Assembly (NCBI RefSeq): GCF_001194135.2
Contig: NC_068982.1
Coordinates: 128,546,062 to 128,584,519 of the forward strand
Source: Octopus bimaculoides
Taxonomy: Eukaryota
Reading direction: 5' to 3'
Length of the DNA: 38,458 nucleotides
Positions 35,360 to 38,458 of this stretch are shown here, one piece after another; within the stretch, counting starts at the first letter, position 1, and every line of letters begins with the position of its first letter. The notes below the pieces were generated by a model. It saw nothing but the letters and a program-made list of their open reading frames with translations, was not told the DNA's origin and made no database searches. The translations under genes and the position numbers were made by a program.

Positions 35360-35850
35360 CCTGCGTGCATGTGTGTATGTTTGTTACTGTATCCATGTCT
35401 TCAGGTGATAGTTGTAAACTAGTGCCACTGTCATATGAGCTATGTCATCCATTTCCAATGTTCTGGCAAAAATATCTGGCCATGCAGAAATATTACCTTA
35501 CATGGAAACGGGTAAGGATTGGTGGCAGGAAGGGCATCTAGCCATAGAAAATCCACCTCAATATATTCCATTCAATCCTTGCAAGCACGGACAGGTCGAT
35601 GTTAAAATGACGATGTATATGTATGTGTGTTTGTGTGTACCCTTGTCCAGACATCACATAATGGTTGTAAATGAGCATCATCATCATACAAGAGAAGTTG
35701 TTTGTTTCCAGTCTTCTGTGGAAAACATGATTAGCCATGGGGAAATTTTGATGATAGGAAGGGCACCTGATTTTCGAAAATGTGCCTCAGCAAATTCCAT
35801 CTGACTCATACAAGCATAAGAAAGTGGACATTAAATGATTATGATGATGA
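35155..35850 (+). mobile_element. Composite: CORE-like SINE head, (GT)n and two tandem RTE-type tails
   Basis: Head ggtatggtagtgtggtaagaag...ggttcagtccc...ccttgggcaag. Tails end atccttgcaagcacggacaggtcgatgttaaaatgacgatg (about 35615) and catacaagcataagaaagtggacattaaatgattatgatg (about 35848). Confidence 0.7.
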
Positions 35851-35880
35851 CTACAATGATAATGAAGATTTTAAAAAATA

Positions 35881-36050
35881 GGTGCAGGAGAGGCTGTGTG
35901 GTAAGTAGCTTGCTTACCAACCACATGGTTCCGGGTTCAGTCCCACTGCGTGGCACCTTGGGCAAGTGTCTTCTACTAAGCCTCGGGCCGACCAAAGCCT
36001 TATGAGTGGATTTGGTAGACGGAAACTGAAAGAAGCCCGTCGTATATATG

Positions 36051-36081
<31 letters not shown>

Positions 36082-36291
36082 ATGTGTGTGTTTGTGTTTG
36101 TCCCCCCAACATCGCTTGACAACCGATGCTGGTGTGTTTACGTCCCCGTAACTTAGCGGTTTGGCAAAAGAAACTGATAGAATAAGTACTAGGCTTACAA
36201 AGAATAAGTCCTGGGGTCGATTTGCTCGACTAAAGGCGGTGCTCCAGCATGGGCACAGTCAAATGACTGAAACAAGTAAAAAAAAAAAAAA
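35881..36291 (+). mobile_element. Best-preserved full-length tRNA-derived CORE-like SINE with poly(A) end
   Basis: A-box-like ggctgtgtggtaa, B-box-like ggttcagtccc (35934-35944), ccttgggcaagt CORE-like segment, internal TA/GT microsatellite, 3' stem cagtc-aaat-gactg and A14. Confidence 0.92.
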
Positions 36292-37155
36292 GAGTATTCC
36301 CATCAAAGATAAAATATAAAGACAATGTTGACATCAGAAAAATAGAACAAACAGTGGTTGAAATACAAGCTTTGGTTCTTGTGCTGTATCTAGCCTGGGC
36401 AACCTGAATTTAAAGATAGATGCAATTGTGGAATATGAGACATTCATCTGAAATGAGGCATTTACAAATAAACTGAAATGCAGAAACACAAGTGCGAAAA
36501 CACTAACAAGATTACTAAATGACTGCTGGTAAGAAGTGTTCAATATGAGATGACATAAAACTAGGAATTATTGACAAGTTACCAAAAGCACAGGAAACTA
36601 AAATAACTGATGCAACATAACACTCATGTTTATCCTCAGTAAAATCTTCTCCTGTGTTATTCTGCTTATTCTATGGTAGGTAGTAAAAACAATGGTATGA
36701 GGAGTAGGGTAGATTTCATTACATGACGCTGGGGATGAACAGATCTTTGTAATGGATGACATTAACAAGTTATGCTTCAGATTTCAGCAGCTACAGTCAA
36801 CCAATGCTATTGATTTCAAGAAAAGGTTTGAAAACATACAGAGGTATTCACAGTGGCCAATATCAACACTTTTATTCCTGTTTCTTTCTTTTCCATTCTT
36901 TTACCTGTTCCTGTCATTAGGAGCATATTCCAGTCATTAAGACTGTATCCATGCTAAGATACAGTCTTCAAAACTTTCAGTCGATTATATTAGACTTCCA
37001 TACTTTGTTAGGTTGTTATTTTATCGACCCTTCCCCTTAGTGGGGGAAAAGATGAAGTGGGGGCTGGAAATAAAGGGAGATAACCAGAAAGTAAAGAATG
37101 TCATCAAACACCAATTTTCATTTGATGGTACAATGTTTCCTTCACTCATATACAA

Positions 37156-37224
<69 letters not shown>

Positions 37225-37254
37225 TAAATATTGTTGTGAGTGTTTATTGAGCGA

Positions 37255-37530
37255 AAACACCTAAAGCTCCACAAGGCTCCGGCAGGGGATGGTGGCAAAC
37301 CCTGCTGTACTCTTCCACTACAACTTTCTTTCACTCTTACTCCCTGTTTCTGTTGTGCCTGTAATTCGAAGGGCCAGCCTTGTTACACTCTGTGTCACGC
37401 TGAATATCCCTGAGAACTATGGTAAGGGTACACATGTCTGTGGAGTGCTCAGCCACTTGCACGTTAATTTCATGAGCAGGCTGTTCCGTTGATCGGATCA
37501 ACTGGAACCCTCGTTGTTGTAAGCGACAGA
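37255..37530 (+). mobile_element. SINE/retroelement fragment related to 34450-34625, opposite orientation
   Basis: ccacttgcacgttaatttcatgagcaggctgttccgttgatcggatcaactggaacc is the reverse complement of 34486-34540. Confidence 0.7.
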
Positions 37531-37594
37531 GTGCCATCCATATATATATATATATATACATGCTATCATCATCATCTTTCAACGTTCATGTATA

Positions 37595-37827
37595 CAGGGT
37601 TGGCCAAAAGTCACCTGACAGCAAATTAAGATTCTATAAATACTATCTGTAACTCTGTATAGACTCAAATGGAAAAATGTGTCACTCAAGAAGGATTTCA
37701 GTTTGAACAATTTTCATGATATTTCATATTTAGATGCTTTTATTAAATTCATTCAGTTGTTAAACATAAATAAATTTTGGAATTAAATGGTTTTGATTTA
37801 CTGTCAGGTGACTTTTGGTCAACCCTG
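37595..37827. mobile_element. Tc1/mariner-type MITE, 233 bp, TA target duplication
   Basis: ta|cagggttggccaaaagtcacctgacag...ctgtcaggtgacttttggtcaaccctg|ta; 27-bp TIR with one mismatch. Confidence 0.92.
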
Positions 37828-38284
37828 TATAATTTTATATTATTTTATATGATATTGATTATATTATCTTATATTATTTATTATGAAGGTGCATGGCTTA
37901 ATAGCTGGGGTGTTAGACTCACAAACATATGGTGACCTTGTGGTTTATGCATGGGATTCACAATCTTAAGGTTGTGGGTTAATTGCTCCAGTTTACTCAG
38001 ATACTAAAATAAACACTAGCTGAGTAATGGTGCACCTCCTCCTACCCTGCCTCACTCTATCACTCTAGCTATCACATCATGGACATTCCACTGGGTCAAG
38101 AGTGGGAGGATCAAGCTAGTGTACATGTCTGCTTGCAACAACATGAGTCATGCTACCAGTTCATCCTTAATTCATGGTAGTAGTCATCATAATAGGAATG
38201 TGTGTGTGAGAGAGAGAGTGTGTATGAGTGTGTATGTGTATATAGGTTGTTAAATGATGATGATATATAAATATATATATTATG

Positions 38285-38445
38285 AGTTTTGCATTAGGAA
38301 GGGCATCCAGCTGTAAAACCCATATCAAAGCAGGCACTGGAGCTTGATATAGTCCTAGGACACACTGGGTCCTGTCAAACCATCTAACTATGTCAGCATA
38401 GAACATGGACGTTAAAAGATGTTGTTGATGAGGATGATGATGACA
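38285..38445 (+). mobile_element. RTE-tail element 3' fragment, diverged
   Basis: cattaggaagggcatccagctgtaaaa...agcatagaacatggacgttaaaagatg...(gat)n. Confidence 0.75.
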
Positions 38446-38458
38446 ACGGTGGTGGTGG

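Noticed and set aside
35881-35950. tRNA-like A/B boxes
   Set aside because: SINE head; no cloverleaf or anticodon arm, so not called a tRNA gene.
36713-36843. Plus-strand open stretch ...MDDINKLCFRFQQLQSTNAIDFKKRFENIQR ending at a GT
   Set aside because: No pyrimidine-rich acceptor and no partner exons; at most a weak resemblance to a hAT transposase remnant.

Overview
AT-rich, microsatellite- and retroelement-dense eukaryotic genomic DNA with three assembly gaps. The SINE families resemble those I recognise from octopus, so a cephalopod origin is inferred, not shown. The only host gene I can support is a spliced minus-strand gene for an intracellular, titin/UNC-89-like I-set immunoglobulin protein. 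Hand-traced, phase-consistent exons are 14352-14319, 13643-12771, 11057-11012, 5353-5238 and 716-639, and the gene continues off the left end. Two further exons (10925-10898 and 10002-9929) may form an optional frame-preserving pair. The standout feature is the 873-bp exon: 22 tandem 10-aa repeats (consensus RYKSS[L/H][D/E]DT[S/N]) fused directly to only the C-terminal half (strands D-G) of an Ig domain, with no N-terminal half recognisable in the 24 kb upstream. The rest is decayed mobile DNA: CR1-, L2-like, RTE and R4/Dong-like LINE fragments, a Penelope-like element, a mariner transposase pseudogene, piggyBac- and Tc1-type MITEs, and many SINEs. Two long hairpin-forming inverted duplications (1992-2222 and 15663-15834) also occur. 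Most ORFs in the supplied track are microsatellite artefacts.
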